From contig MU004193.1 in assembly GCA_010093605.1 (NCBI GenBank), positions 124,001 to 188,000 of the forward strand: 64,000 bases of DNA. The letters are read 5' to 3'. The translations under genes and the position numbers were made by a program. Below, piece after piece: positions 23,244-36,080 of the stretch (position 1 is its first letter; every line of letters begins with the position of its first letter). This DNA comes from Lophium mytilinum. Taxonomy: Eukaryota. The notes beneath the pieces are model-generated. The model had not been told where the DNA came from. It searched no databases and saw nothing but the letters and a program-made list of their open reading frames with translations.

Positions 23244-25023
23244 TCAATCTTCGTCCGTGTACGGCACCGATGCTGCACCACCCTGATCTCCGCGACCAAC
23301 ATCCGGCACGGCGGAAAGATCACGCAACGAGATGCAATACGTGATAGCCAAGACGGGTACAAACAAGACCGCCGAAAGCAGGAATGGCATCCCCAACCAC
23401 GCATTCCCGAGCTTCATTCCCCATCTAAAGAACTGCGCGATGAGTGGACCGGAGATCAGCATGCCGCAATTCTCTAGGATAGCGACGACGGCGAAGAGGC
23501 GGCCGATGTCTTTGCTCGCCTGGCCGCCGACCATGAAGACGGCGATGGAGCGCATGGCCATGCTGAAGCCGGTGCCGAAGGTGTAGAAGATTAATCCTGG
23601 GGAGGTTAGAGAGGATAAGATAATGGTGGGGGAGAGACTTGCCCCAAATAAGGATGGCGGGAGTGAAGGAGAAGCCCATGATTAGGAAGGAGAGGACTGT
23701 GAATGCAACGCTGCCACGCGATATCCAGAGGTCGCCTCGCTGGGGCGCTAGCTTCATCCATTTGAGGAGCAGCATGCTGATTCCGGGAAGGATGACGATT
23801 AAGGTCAGTAGGTTGAATCCCGCACGGAGCGAGTTTAGCAACGAAGCCTGTTCAGATATTAGATGGCGAGGAGCGGATGATGGAAGGAGTTCGACGAACC
23901 TGTCGTATAGTCCACCCATACCGCTTTGAAGCATATCGAATGACAAGATCTTGGGATTGTCGTGCTAAGCGGTTGACGAGGAAGGTGAAGACGACTAACG
24001 TAAGACTTAGATCCCTCTTTAAAAAGTGCAAGGCTTCTCTAAGGCGATGGATCTGGTCCTTAAAACCATGACCATGGCCTTTACCCGAGGACATGGAAGC
24101 TCTCTCGGTCAGATCATCCGCTTCATCCTCCAGTCTGTCATCGCGACGCTCTGGTTGGTCCCGGCTGTGTAAAGTCTCTGGAAGAAAGCAGGCGAGAACG
24201 GTCGCAAGTGCTGATACGGCGGCGCCTATACAGAAAGGCAGCCAATTCCCATACTGCATGAGTGCGAAACCTATAGCTGGAGCAATTACTTCAGCTAGCA
24301 GTAGTGTGGCTGCAACGTAGAAGAAGATTGTGGTCCTGCAAGCATCAGATTTGAAGTCATGTGCAGATGGAGTTCGCATACCGTCTTTCCGGGGGAACCA
24401 CATCGGTTAACATGGTGAAGACGGTTGCAACGGCTACTTGAGATCCTCCACCAATCATCATGAAGATAGATGAGAACCATGTGAGCTTCAATGGAAGCTC
24501 TAGGTAGCCTAGTGACGGATGAGCTCCTGAACCAAGTGACGTGAGCGCGGTACTCACAAATGAGCATTATCCACAACACGGACAGCTCCAATCCCAGAAA
24601 CCCCAGAACAAGTATCCATTTCCTGCCATATTTATCCGCCAATGCACCATACGGGACCGCAAGAAGTATGCCAGGTATTGCGTCGAACAGATCCTGCCAC
24701 CCAAAAACCATGGCCACGGTGTCCTGCACCTCGTTTATCTTGCACAATTGCTCCGGCACAGTTCCATTCCTAATTTGACTCGGGTCGGTATCTTGGTAGA
24801 ATCGAAGACAGATAGAGGACTCATAGAGGCGGGTTCGAGCGGGATAAAACATGAAGTTTCCGAGGTCCACGATGAAGATGGCGAGGGCGCCAATTACGGC
24901 GACCAGTATCCATGGCTTCCGGTGCTTTTGAGCAGAGGTAGAGGTTGAGGTGGGTGTACGCGGGAGAAGTGGGGTGGTGGAGGAGTCGCCGTCGAAGCTG
25001 TCTTGGTCGCGCGGTGAAGCCAT
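23244..25023 (-). CDS. MFS efflux-type transporter (multi-exon)
   Basis: MASPRDQD...VPEQLCKINEVQ...PYGALADKYGRK; hydrophobic exons joined by GT-AG introns; ends GMPFLLSAVLF...PYTDED*. Confidence 0.88.
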
Positions 25024-25658
25024 GGTGGACAGGATGGATTGCGCTGGAGGGGTCCCACGACGATATCTATTCACAAAAGAAAGAGGCGTCGTGGCAGACG
25101 ACGTGGACTCGGTGACATGCTGGCAACGTTCTGCTGCACGTAGTCGCACGCCCTATGTTTTGGGGGCTGGGGCCGTGAAGGAGTTCGGCATAGCCCTGCG
25201 GAGTTCCAGCATTCAAGCCGAGACCCCTGCCAAGCATCCCAGCGGCCCAACGTCATGCCTGGTGTTGAGCTCTATCTCAACCTTCATCATTTCATCAACT
25301 TTCTCTTCAAAATGTCGCATTACACTGCAGTAACAGTATCACTCTAGAGAGCTCTTTGTCTAGAGCAACTGTATGCTCCGTTCATCATCTTCTACTTTCT
25401 CGCTCTCACCACCTCCCTATCGCGGCTAGGCTTCCCGAATTTTATCCTCCAATCTCCACAACACTTCTTTAATCCTCTCGCGTCAGCATGTCTTGGTACC
25501 GCTTTTGGCCTATCATATTTCTCGTGTACTTGAAGCTTACGAATCTCTTGATTCCGTTGCATATTGAAAGTGTTCAAGTTAGTTGTCCACATCCAATCCC
25601 ATCAGGCAGCAGCGAAACGCCCTGTCTACACACGCAAGCTCGATACGCGGTCAACTGC

Positions 25659-27466
25659 TCATGCCTCCAAGACGGGCCCAGTGACAACCTGAGAACCTTT
25701 CTCGAGCCTATGGCTATCCAACCCCTCGCTTTGGCTACCGGACTCGTCAACGACGTCCGAACTATAGCTGGTCTCCCGCACTTGTGTGAATGCAACCCAA
25801 GCTAGAGACGGAATGGAAGCGAAGAAAAGTCCGGTATTAATCGCACACGCCGCATCATAATTAATATCCAAAGCCGATACAACGAACCCAAACGTCGACC
25901 CTACGCAGCCGACTGTGTTGATGACGGCCGCCAAAAACGATGTCTCATTCAGATCATTAGTCAGAGTACCCGAGAGCCAGTATTGATACGTCGTGATTCT
26001 GTGCGATATAAGCAACATGTCATCATTGGAACGCATCGAAATAAACGGCGTGCAACTTACAGAGGATCCGAAGCGCCCCACAGAGTGAACAGAAACGCAC
26101 CGAGACCGTACCCATCATTAGCCCAATCCAGCGTCGGCATGGTCTTGGTGTAATGCGCCTGGAGAGCCTGCCCGAGAATCCACGATGTCCCCGACGTGAC
26201 CAATATGATGCCAAATCCCACCCTCGCGCGTGTCTTGCGCGAAAACCGTCTCCAATCGAGGATCTGGCCCATCAGCAAGGCAGACAGTAGACCAACGAGA
26301 TAGAAGACAGTCGAGTTGAGAGCGCGCGCTCGCACAGTGAAGTAAGCGAAATTAAATTGCCACTGATATGACAAAAACCACTGCGAGTAAAGGTAGAGTG
26401 GGAAGAGCGATAGCAGAGCCGGACGCTTGAGTATCTTCTTTAACACGCTGAACTCCTTACGGATCGACGGTTGCTTCTTCAAGACGACTTTGCGGCCGTC
26501 GGTGCGCTGGACACGCGAGGCCGAGGGGAGAAGAAGCGCAAAGGGGAAGCCAATGGTCATTATGGTCATCAGGACGATGTAGGTTGCATTGTTGACAGAG
26601 CCGCGCCAGGACTTTTCGAGATTGAGGGCTAGGCTTATGATGCCGCCAATCGAGGCTCCGAGGGCTTGCAGGCCAAATTTGACGGACACTGATCAGAATT
26701 AGCATGTTGAATTGAGCGGCCCGCTGGGCATGAAAAGATTGGCACAGTAAGCAAGCACTCTGTTGTGTACGGTTGTGCGTACACCTGTCTGCTACTGCTT
26801 AGAGTGCTTCAACAATTTTCCATGTAGCCAAGCTCGAAGGCCCATCTGTTTTACATTTCGGGAAATGCATTGAAGCACCACAAGCAGTGGCAGACAGGTG
26901 TACACACACGGGACCGCACGAGACAGAACACTTGCTGAGTGTGCCACCTTTTCGTGCCCAGCGTGATAGTGTTAATGGAGCTCTTACTTGCTACTCCTTT
27001 CCGGTTTTCTTCAGAGTATCCTAGCAGGATGGCGCCGCTCGAAACCCACAGAAATGCGGCTGAGATACCAAGCAGCGCTGCTCCGAAAAGAAGCAGCCAA
27101 TTGGTCCCGAAGCGATCATTGCAGTACAGCCCGGCTGCATAGGGTGTATATCCAAGAGTTCCAATCTAAATTTCTCCAGTCAACTTCTCAACTTTCCCAA
27201 AGCTACGTGAATAAACTTACTAGCAGGGCATACCTCGGCGTGATGCGGTTAGCCACCGCTCCTACGATTGGACTGGCGACGGCGAGTACTCCAAACACGA
27301 TTGCGTTGGCAGCATTCGAGATGTCCGGGCTTGCGCCTCCTCCTGCTCCCATGCCATTGAGGGCGCCGAAGATCCCGGGACAGGTGAAGGCGGTGGCTGC
27401 AACGCAGAAAGTCGCGAATATGGTGGATTTGTGCCACTGCACTGGGAACTTTTCGTTAACAACCAT
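25659..27466 (-). CDS. UNC-93-like MFS transporter (multi-exon)
   Basis: FTCPGIFGALNGMGAGG, YSEENRKG, VQRTDGRKV, YFTVRARALNS, YQYWLSGTLTND motifs; includes the enlarged intron 26689-26987. Confidence 0.88.
26720..26965. mobile_element. Fold-back MITE, family A copy 2, inside the UNC-93-like intron
   Basis: Ends CCCGCTGGGCATGAAAAG... and ...CCTTTTCGTGCCCAGCGTG. Internal inverted arms 26780-26800/26882-26902 (20/21) and 26804-26812/26870-26878. Colinear with 4087-4318. No clean TSD. Confidence 0.85.
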
Positions 27467-28342
27467 GTTGAAGATGCAAACAAAGAGACGTCAAGAGCGG
27501 AAATCCAATGCTATCTCAACCATGCCATTTGGTCCGTGGTGAGAACCTACTCCCGTCGTCTTTATGAAGGTGAGCATGCGGTCCAGACTCGCCTTACTCG
27601 CCGTCGTAAAGACGTATAAACGCACCCACTTCTCGTCATTCCCTAGCATCTAGGATAACGTACTAGACTATACACCCGTCCGTTGTCCGTAGGAGCGGCA
27701 CTTCTCCATACAGCTTGTATGATTGGTTACGAATCATGCCAGTGGAGCCGAGAGAAGGCTGCAAACTGCCGAGCCCTGCGGAAGCTTAATGGGACCTCGT
27801 GCAACTCCATCTTCCAAACGACCAAGACGTCCTCTAACACACGAGAAATGGCGCTAGATTGATAGGCGATTAAGAATGATTCGCTGCTTGAGACATAAAC
27901 TCCCCTGCCCTGATTCGTCACTGTGGGGTTTGATCGCGTGCCTGACCGACACCTTCGCATACGCGAGGTTCAACCGCAGAAAACGTACATAGTAGAAGTA
28001 GACACAACATGCACAGCAGCGATTGGCGTATTCGATATGCCGGCGCGAGCTGAAGAATCTAGTGGGAACCATACTAACGCGACATTCTTACGGGGGCTTT
28101 CAAGACGTGCTTTTTCGTGCTCTTTCGTCTACAAACCCACATTAAAGACCCTGATATTCGGCTTCAGCGCTAATTCCTTGAAACGTCTATCTTCGATACT
28201 TCCCGGACAAAGGGCCCTAACGAGTCAAGAAAACCCAAGAGTGGTGGTTTGGCTGTACTCGCCTGACTTTTGTCGAGCACCCTAAGGATGCCATAAAACC
28301 ACCTTTGAACACCACGCAACGGCGCCAACCCCATCCACAACC

Positions 28343-29923
28343 ATGACAATCTCCAACCTCCCCTCCGCCGACCTAAAAATCGCCATCATAGGCGCCGGTC
28401 CCGCCGGCCTCGGCGCCCTAATCACCCTCTCCACCCTCCCCTTCGCAAGCGCAACCATCTACGAAAAAAAACCCTCCGTCTCAGAAATCGGCGCCGGCAT
28501 CAGCATCCAGCCAAACACATGGCGGATGCTCGAGCGCATGGGCGCCGCGGAAACCCTACGAAGCTCGCCGTTCCATCGGGCAGAGGATGGGCATTACACC
28601 CAGCACCGGTGCGTCAAACACCCCAAAGAACCTTACCAAACCAGACTGGATTAAGGTTCTGACTATTCCATTCCCTACTGCAGCAACGGGAGAACCGGGA
28701 AGCTGGTAAGCGCCCAATTCGACTCCGCCGGCACGCCTGCTGCGCACCAGCACGCGCGCTGCCATCGCGGCGTCCTCCAGTCTGCTTTGCTCAAACGTGT
28801 CGACCCTGCGCGCGTAAAAACGGCGCATAGACTCACCCACATCACGCACCTCCCAAGCGGCCGCATCCACCTCGCCTTCGACAACGGCGCTACGGATGAA
28901 GTGGATCTCCTGATCGGCGCGGACGGCATCCGCTCTGTCGTGCGCAGCGTTGCGTTTCCGGAGCATCGCATCGCTTACACAGGTCGGACGTCGTACCGGA
29001 CACTTGTCCGCGCGGGGGATGTGGCGAAGATCGAAGGAATGGAAAAGGAGAAAGAGGTAGTGGCGTTCTGGCATGCGCCGGGGGGCAGGTGGGCGTATAC
29101 GTGTAACCTCGGGGACGGCGTGTTTGAGATCACGACGATGGTGAGGGAAGGAGGGGAGGGGGTAGAGAGGGTGAGCTGGGGGAAGGATGTTGCGGCTGAG
29201 AAGATGATTGAGCATTTTGCGGTATGTATACTTCTGTTTTCGAACGGCGAGATAGTGTGTAAAAATTCGTGGACTGACTCGCGATGGCTGACTCGACCAG
29301 GACTTTCATGAGCCGGTGAAGGGGGTGTTGAGGCTTGCGGAGAAGGTGCAGCAGTATGCGCTCTTCGCGGGCACGAGATTACCTAAGGTACACATCGGGG
29401 CTATCGCGCTGATGGGCGATGCGTCGCACCCACTCTCGGGCGCTTTCGGAAACGGCGCCGGGTTCGCGCTTGAGGATGCGTACGTTGTTTCGCAGTCTCT
29501 CTTGTGGGCGCACGAGCGGAACAAGTCGATACAAGAAGCTTTGCAGCTCTTTGATAAGGTTAGGTCGCCGCATTATGAGAGGCTTTATGCTGTTTTGGAT
29601 GGGTATGCGGCGACAGCGAAACAACTTGAGAATCCAAATCTGCATTTGAGCTTCGATGAGGAGGTCGCGGTCTTAGTGACGAGCAATTGGTCGGGGGTGA
29701 ATAATTGGATGCACTACTATGATGTGAGTTTGATCTGGGTTTTCGTGGAAGGGGTCTGCTAATTGGAAGTTAGGTTGCGAAAGCGTTCAGTGAGATGATT
29801 GAGGATTTAGATAGGAAGGATGCTGAAAAAAGCGCTGGAAATCGAGATGTGATTGAGAGGAGAGCGAAGAGTTTATTAGATGGGAATCTAGAAAATTTGG
29901 TCGTCGAGAAAGCGAGATTATAG
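28343..29923 (+). CDS. FAD-dependent monooxygenase (salicylate hydroxylase-like), 3 introns
   Basis: KIAIIGAGPAGL, EIGAGI, DLLIGADGIRSVVR, LMGDASHPLSGAFGNGAGFALED. Confidence 0.92.
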
Positions 29924-30073
29924 GGCACCACAACAAGGCTTACTGGTCCTGACCAAATCGATACTAGAATCCAAGATCGGTCGTTTAGATGCATACAGAA
30001 CCAGACCTTCGGGCACGTCTAATATGCTCGCTTATTCATATCTGGTTTCTGTTTACTCGTCACGTCCTCCGGA

Positions 30074-32766
30074 CTACGGACGCATCACGTTAGAGTCGGC
30101 AATCCACGCGTCCCATTGCGCCCAGTTGATCGCCTGGGTAGCACTGCCATCCACACCGTGCCCTTGGGCTACTAAGAAATCCAGGTCCATGTCCATCACA
30201 GCGTCCGAACCGCCCACGCCGCCGTCATCAAGCCCGTTGATGAACCAAAATGGATCCTCTCCAGAGGCGCCGTTGGTTTGAGTCAGATCCGGGTAGTGTG
30301 GGGTTGTGCTTTGCTGAAGATACGTCGAGTCCAGAGTATCGCTCAGATTGATGATTCCAGCATCCAGCCTCGGGCCCATGGTGTGAGCGTTTGCCTGGTT
30401 GTGGCTCTCTGGAGCTCCAGATCGAATGGCCTTTGCATCTCGCGCTTGTCTTTTGGCCTTTGCGACCTCGCGTAGCTGGCGTAGTTGTAGTATGAATCTC
30501 GGTGTTGGCGGAGATGCGTTTGCGGTTTGCAGTGCAGCTTCGCGATCACTGAATGCTTTGAGACAGAGATTGCCTATAGCAATGTTAATAGGCTTCTTTG
30601 TGTCGAGCACCATATCTGGGGTGTTTCCGTAAATGTTGGCAATGAGTTGCCATGCCTTCTCGGCGTCTACCATGAGTGGCTCGACTCGGAGGGTATCGAG
30701 GACGTGGATGATGGCGTGCCATTGCTGGAAATATGGCGCGTGCCATGAAAACTTCTTGAGCTGGGGATTGGACTGCAACATATTGTGCTGCTCGAGAAGC
30801 TTCATGGCGATTTCCCAACCCCATTGACGCTCGGAGAGGGGTGTTTCTTCTATGCTGGCCCATCTTCGGGGGTGGTGTGTCAGGAAGCGAATAACGTTCA
30901 AGGCAAATCGGGCCACAAGCATGGACACGAGATGCAGCGGCTGTGACGGGTCGCAGTATCGGAGGTATTTCGTTTCGAGCATTTCCTCGAGCTCTCTGAT
31001 AGTGGCATCCATGTCTATGCTTTCGTTCCCTAGTGTATGGACGCCCCAGTCACTCAAAGTCTTTCCTTGCTCCCGGAACTTGGCGACACGGACGGCCGCG
31101 AAGTCGGTAAATTCGTATCTCAAGACAACAAAGACGAGATCTGTCAACTTGCCGGACTCGGATACTAGTGAAGGCACGCCTGGGTAGAGCTGGTCATCGT
31201 TGACGTTGGTCGGCCACCTCGTGCTTTCGGCACCAATATCTAGATCTCGAAACTTGGCGAGGCCACATAGTTCAGCGGTGCGGAAGTCGTGCGTCTTCAG
31301 CTGCCACCAGATGCGTCGCCGCATCTCACTTTCGAACGGAGGCAGACCGAGATATGATCCGTCGCGCTCAAGGCCCATACCTTGTGCGATCCGTACAGCC
31401 ACGCCAGTCAAGGACCAAACAGCACGTGGTTCATAGACATCTCGCACCGAGAGGATATGAAGAACTAACGCTTGAAGGACAACGAGGTTGGTGGTTCCCA
31501 TAAACTTGGCTCGCGACAATGCAACTTTCGTGGCCGAGTTGTACCGTGATAGTAGGATCTTGCGAGGCTCGCCGAGTCTTTCTTCGCACTCTTCATCCTT
31601 CAGCGACATGACGGCCACGCTGTAGATAGCAAAAACGAGTGCTTCGAAGCTCCGTGGTATGGTCCCGATACTGCTTGCAGCTTTTTGGATCGCCGGTCGT
31701 AACGTAGGGACGTGCACGATCTTCGTAAGAGGATCGATGTTCTCCACGAAAATTTGCCATAGTTGAAGTATCCGTTCGGGCGGCGGATGGCGGGACCTAG
31801 CGTTTGACTTTTGTTGACTACTGAGCAGAAATCTGAAGTCGTCATCGGATGCTTCTAGGTCGCTCGAATCATTTGAATAGTCCTCAAGAGTATCCTGGGG
31901 ATCGTTCGACTAATGGTGCTATTAGCGCTCATTTCAGATTAATACTCCATATCCCTTGGCCACTCGCATTTGATTCTGCGGTTTCGATAAAGATGCAACC
32001 AATAGGAAACTTTGAGTAATAAAAACTGCAGCGAAACTTTTGATCAACACACGCCCCGTAGGCTTATCGTAAACAAGCTTAGTACCGTTTGAGTTTTTGT
32101 AGTACAATATAAAAGACGGGAAAAGGGCAATGTTAAAAAGGCTAAAAGGTTTGCAAGCCACCCCAAATGGTGTCAGACTGCCGCTCTATGTTTAAGGGAA
32201 AGTCCGGGCGTTGTGGCACGACGGGCTAAGGGATATGTAAGAAATCTACTAAAGCTACTCACCTCGTCTACCACTCTCGTCCACAGATTACTAGGTAGAT
32301 CTTAGCGAATGGTCATAGACAAATAGTGCTAAGGAACCCACGTTTCGACAAACTTAAAGTTCTCGGGGCTTTGTACTGCCTGCGTCATGTGGTTCGATCG
32401 GCTCGACTCGATCTCAATACAAAAAGGGCTCTGCAATTGCAATTCTTTGGTAGTCGCTTCCGCTGGGTGACTCGATCCGCTCCGAGGCGCAGAGTCGGGA
32501 GTGTCTGGGAGCTTGTTTAGGTCAATGCCCTGCGCCTGAAGTAATGCTTCGTAATGCTTAAGTCGGTCGGTCAAGATCTGGTCGTTGATACGCCTCCGTC
32601 GTTTTCGAGGTGGCTGGGAGTGGTTGTAAACGCAATCAACTTTATGCTTGACACACGCGCTGCATGGGATTTGCCGGTCGCATTTGACTTTTCGGTCGGC
32701 GCATCGGATGCAAGAGAAGGTAGGCCTACTAGGGGCGGTCGAGGAAACGGAAGCTAGAGTCTCCAT
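30074..32766 (-). CDS. Zn(II)2Cys6 transcription factor with fungal-specific TF domain
   Basis: SCIRCADRKVKCDRQIPCSACVKHKVDCVY; micro-exon NLWTRVVDE; NIDPLTKIVHVP, AVRIAQGMGLERDG, EMRRRIWWQL, PTNVND. Confidence 0.93.
31948..32237. mobile_element. MITE family B inside the TF intron 31910-32262
   Basis: TIRs CATATCCCTTGGCCACTCG and CGACGGGCTAAGGGATATG (16/19). TA on the right flank, TC on the left. AT-rich interior. Removing it leaves a normal ~60-nt intron. Confidence 0.65.
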
Positions 32767-33137
32767 GATATATTATTGGAGCATTGAAGCTCGCGATGAT
32801 GAAGACGGGAGTCGACAAAGAGTCGAGAATAGTTGCAGAATGGTTATGTCATCGAGGTCACCACTTTATGCGCGCTACCAGGCCTACCCATGTCCACGAC
32901 GCCCTTGAAGGCAGCATAACTTCTATCCCGCCCTCTATGAAACTTATACAGAAAGTGGTTGGGTGTACTCAAAGGGCGGTGTAGGATAGTATTAGCGAAC
33001 TATCTCAAAAAACGTTGGAAAAGAAGCCTTCGCGAAAGAGACTGTTTCGCCCGTCCTAGCGTTCTTCGGCCTTTTATGACCAGCGGCAAGGACTTTTCAA
33101 ATGCAACTCTATAGCACTCCCAATTCGGTATGACTAA

Positions 33138-33227
33138 CTTTGGAATATCTGGAAACTTGTTGGAGCACTCCAAGCAGTAGCAGATAGGTGTACACGCAAC
33201 CGCAAAAACATCTCTTGATGATGTGCC
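33138..33227. mobile_element. Partial family A MITE (copy 3, reverse orientation) in the divergent promoter
   Basis: TATCTGGAAACTTGTTGGAGCACTCCAAGCAGTAGCAGATAGGTGTACACGCAACCGCAAA aligns by eye with the reverse complement of ~4110-4200. Confidence 0.75.
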
Positions 33228-33485
33228 TACGTGGCTTTTGATTGGTCGCTCGGGTTCGGGCCTCGGACGCCCGAGCATTTAGAGAACCCTCCCCCAACTG
33301 AGAACTCTCAACCCACATCGTTTTATTCATACTGCTCCGAAGCCGACCCTTCTTTTCTCCGACTGAAGCTCAGCTAGAAGCTATTTAACTATGGCAGTAC
33401 TCAAATCAAAGTTAGAACATCTACCTTCTCAATTCCTCAAGGGTTTTATCATTTTTTCTCCTTTTCTATCGCATTCAAGCTCGTG

Positions 33486-34742
33486 ATGCACGTTTTGATC
33501 AGCGGAGCGGGCATCGCTGGGCCCACGCTGGCATGGTTCCTAGCAAAGACCGGAACGCGCGTTACCCTGGTCGAGAAAAGCCCCTCCCTCCTCCCCAATG
33601 GGCAGAACGTCGACATCCAAGGCAGCGCACTCACAATCATCCAGAAGATGGGACTGTGGGAACAAGTTCGGCGTTTCAACACGACTGAAAAGGGTACCAA
33701 GTTCATCAATCCAACGGGACAGCCATTTGCATCCTTTCCGATCACGGAGGGCCCAGGAAAGAGTGTCAGCCTCACTTCGGACTGCGAGATTCTTCGTGCA
33801 GACTTGGCAGCGATCCTCCACGATGCGACGAAAGATCATCCGAATGTGAAGTACCTGTTTGGTACCACAATCAAGGATGTCGTTTCGAATGGCGATGACT
33901 CTGTCAGGGTCGAATTGAGCAATGGGGCAGTACAGGAGTTCGACCTCTTGGTCGCAGCAGACGGCCAGTGGTCAAAGGTGCGAAAGCAATGCTTCCCTCC
34001 GGAGAGTGTCAAAGTCCTCCACAAAGGCAATTACGTCGCCTACTGGACCGTTCCCCGCCTACCCAAGGACAACGACTGGTGGAACGTCTACCTAGCTCTT
34101 CCATCACGATTCATCAGCATCAGACCCGACCCACACGGTACTATCCGGGCTCTGTTTTCTCTAATGCCCTGTAATAGCGGCCAAGAAAAGATATGGATGG
34201 AGGCATCCAAGGGTGACCGACAAATGCAGGAAGCGCTCCTCAGAAGGGAGTTCGGAAACGCAGGATGGCAAGCGAAGAGGCTCTTGAACGCCATGGATCA
34301 GGCGCCCGACTTCTACTTCCACGAAATCGCACAGGTCAAGATGTCCAAATGGTTCTCCTCTCGCGTCGTTTGCCTAGGAGATGCCGCCTATGCTCCGACG
34401 CCGCTTACAGGAATGGGCACTACGCTGGCCATAATCGGGGCCTACGTCCTTGCCGGCGAACTGAGCAAGCTCGGCGACGGCGAACACCCGTCAAGGGCGC
34501 TCGAGGGTTACGAAAGCGTCTTTCGCCCATTGGTTGACGAGATGCAGCAGATACCTTTCTTCTTCCCGGCTATTGCCCATCCCGAGACGGCATGGAAAAG
34601 ATGGCTGATCCAGGCCTTGGTTTGGGCGTTCTCCAAGGTCCTGGCATTTCCATGGCTGGCGACAAAACTCGGCAACGAGGGTAATAGGGAGAACTTTTCC
34701 TTGCCAGAGTACTCAAGTTCTGATTCAAAGGGTACGAAGTGA
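33486..34742 (+). CDS. FAD-dependent monooxygenase/oxidoreductase, intronless
   Basis: HVLISGAGIAGP, GQNVDIQG, EILRADL, FDLLVAADGQWSKVR, VVCLGDAAYAPTPLTGMGTTLA. Confidence 0.93.
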   Translation: MHVLISGAGIAGPTLAWFLAKTGTRVTLVEKSPSLLPNGQNVDIQGSALTIIQKMGLWEQVRRFNTTEKGTKFINPTGQPFASFPITEGPGKSVSLTSDCEILRADLAAILHDATKDHPNVKYLFGTTIKDVVSNGDDSVRVELSNGAVQEFDLLVAADGQWSKVRKQCFPPESVKVLHKGNYVAYWTVPRLPKDNDWWNVYLALPSRFISIRPDPHGTIRALFSLMPCNSGQEKIWMEASKGDRQMQEALLRREFGNAGWQAKRLLNAMDQAPDFYFHEIAQVKMSKWFSSRVVCLGDAAYAPTPLTGMGTTLAIIGAYVLAGELSKLGDGEHPSRALEGYESVFRPLVDEMQQIPFFFPAIAHPETAWKRWLIQALVWAFSKVLAFPWLATKLGNEGNRENFSLPEYSSSDSKGTK

Positions 34743-36080
34743 AGGATGAAAGTGTAATCGGCGCCGAGGGGCCACCACCGTAATCTTTGTAATAGTATGT
34801 GATTCTACACATGTTTTATTCTGCACGTGATAATGCATGCCCTCAGCAGTACAAATAGGACGTTGGCAACTGGCTTTTCCTCAAACTCTGACGAGACGCG
34901 CAAGATCCTCTGGGATCGAAAGCAGATGCTGCAGAGAAAAATGGAGTGCGGAAGGAGAGATCGTGCAAAAGTATTGCAATCTTCTTCTATGGTGGGGGCG
35001 GGAGTTGTGGCTCTGCAGCGCAATGTACTGATGATGCTCCTCCCCACTAGCCATTGCTATTGGAGGCCATTATCTTCTGCGTTGGAAACAGATCACTATC
35101 TTCCACGAATCATACCTCGAATAGCCCCTTCGAACGCTCACAATCATCATCACAGCTGTTCAAATGCACCGCAACTCCTCCACCATCACAACCTTCCATT
35201 CTCAGTTTTGTTACCAACCGGTCGACACCACATGTGGTCGAAAGCAGGGCGTTGCTGATCCGGTCGTTAAACCATTTTGCTATCCATTTTTGATAGAACC
35301 CCCCAAACAATACTGTAAAGAAGATTCTGGCATTTGAGAGAGCTTTTATACTTGAAGGAATGAAAGGAATTGAGGCCGGGGCGTCAGCACGTGAGAATAA
35401 CCTTAGAGCTATTCAGGTACGCATCGGAATTCGTATTCCAAATATCGAATCCTCAAGTTCCAGATTATTGCGCCTATATGACGGGAAGCTTGCTATGTTC
35501 TTTGATGGTTCATAGCGGAGAAGCCGCGGAGAGGAAATATGGGCGGTTCACTGCTTTCGCAAAACGAGCCTAGAATGCCTAGGATCTCGCCGATATATCC
35601 CTTACCAAGCTATGAACCGCCCGTCTCAAATGATCTCCAAGAGACCTTTCGCGCATACTCGATCGATTCGCAGAGTCCGGAAGTTCCCAGGCGGAAGACG
35701 TCGTTCGTTGCCTACGACGAAGCCTAGAACGGTGAGAAACAATAGCTGAGACCCCACCCAGATGCTCACCGACTCAGTCTGGCCTGCCGCCCAGTTTTGC
35801 TCACGATTCCTATCATTAGCACACTCTCGATTATAGATTTGAAGATTTGATAAGTTTGTCTTGGCTTCACCATATCGGTTACTAGTCCCCAGCACTGCGC
35901 AGAAGTGCAAACTCGAGCGGGGTAGCAGCTGACTCTCTAGTGAGATATCAGTGGGCTCGACAAGATATCGAGCCCGCTGCCGTAAGACTGATATTGCTAT
36001 CAGCCTTCGATTTTTCAGCAATCGGCAATGTCGCCTCTTGCAAAACCGGGATCAAGTGGCAATGATGCCGCTTGTCAGTT

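Noticed and set aside
34850..35310. Possible minus-strand dioxygenase (PhyH-like) pseudogene fragment
   Set aside because: Only vague resemblance across stops and frameshifts; no catalytic motif recovered.
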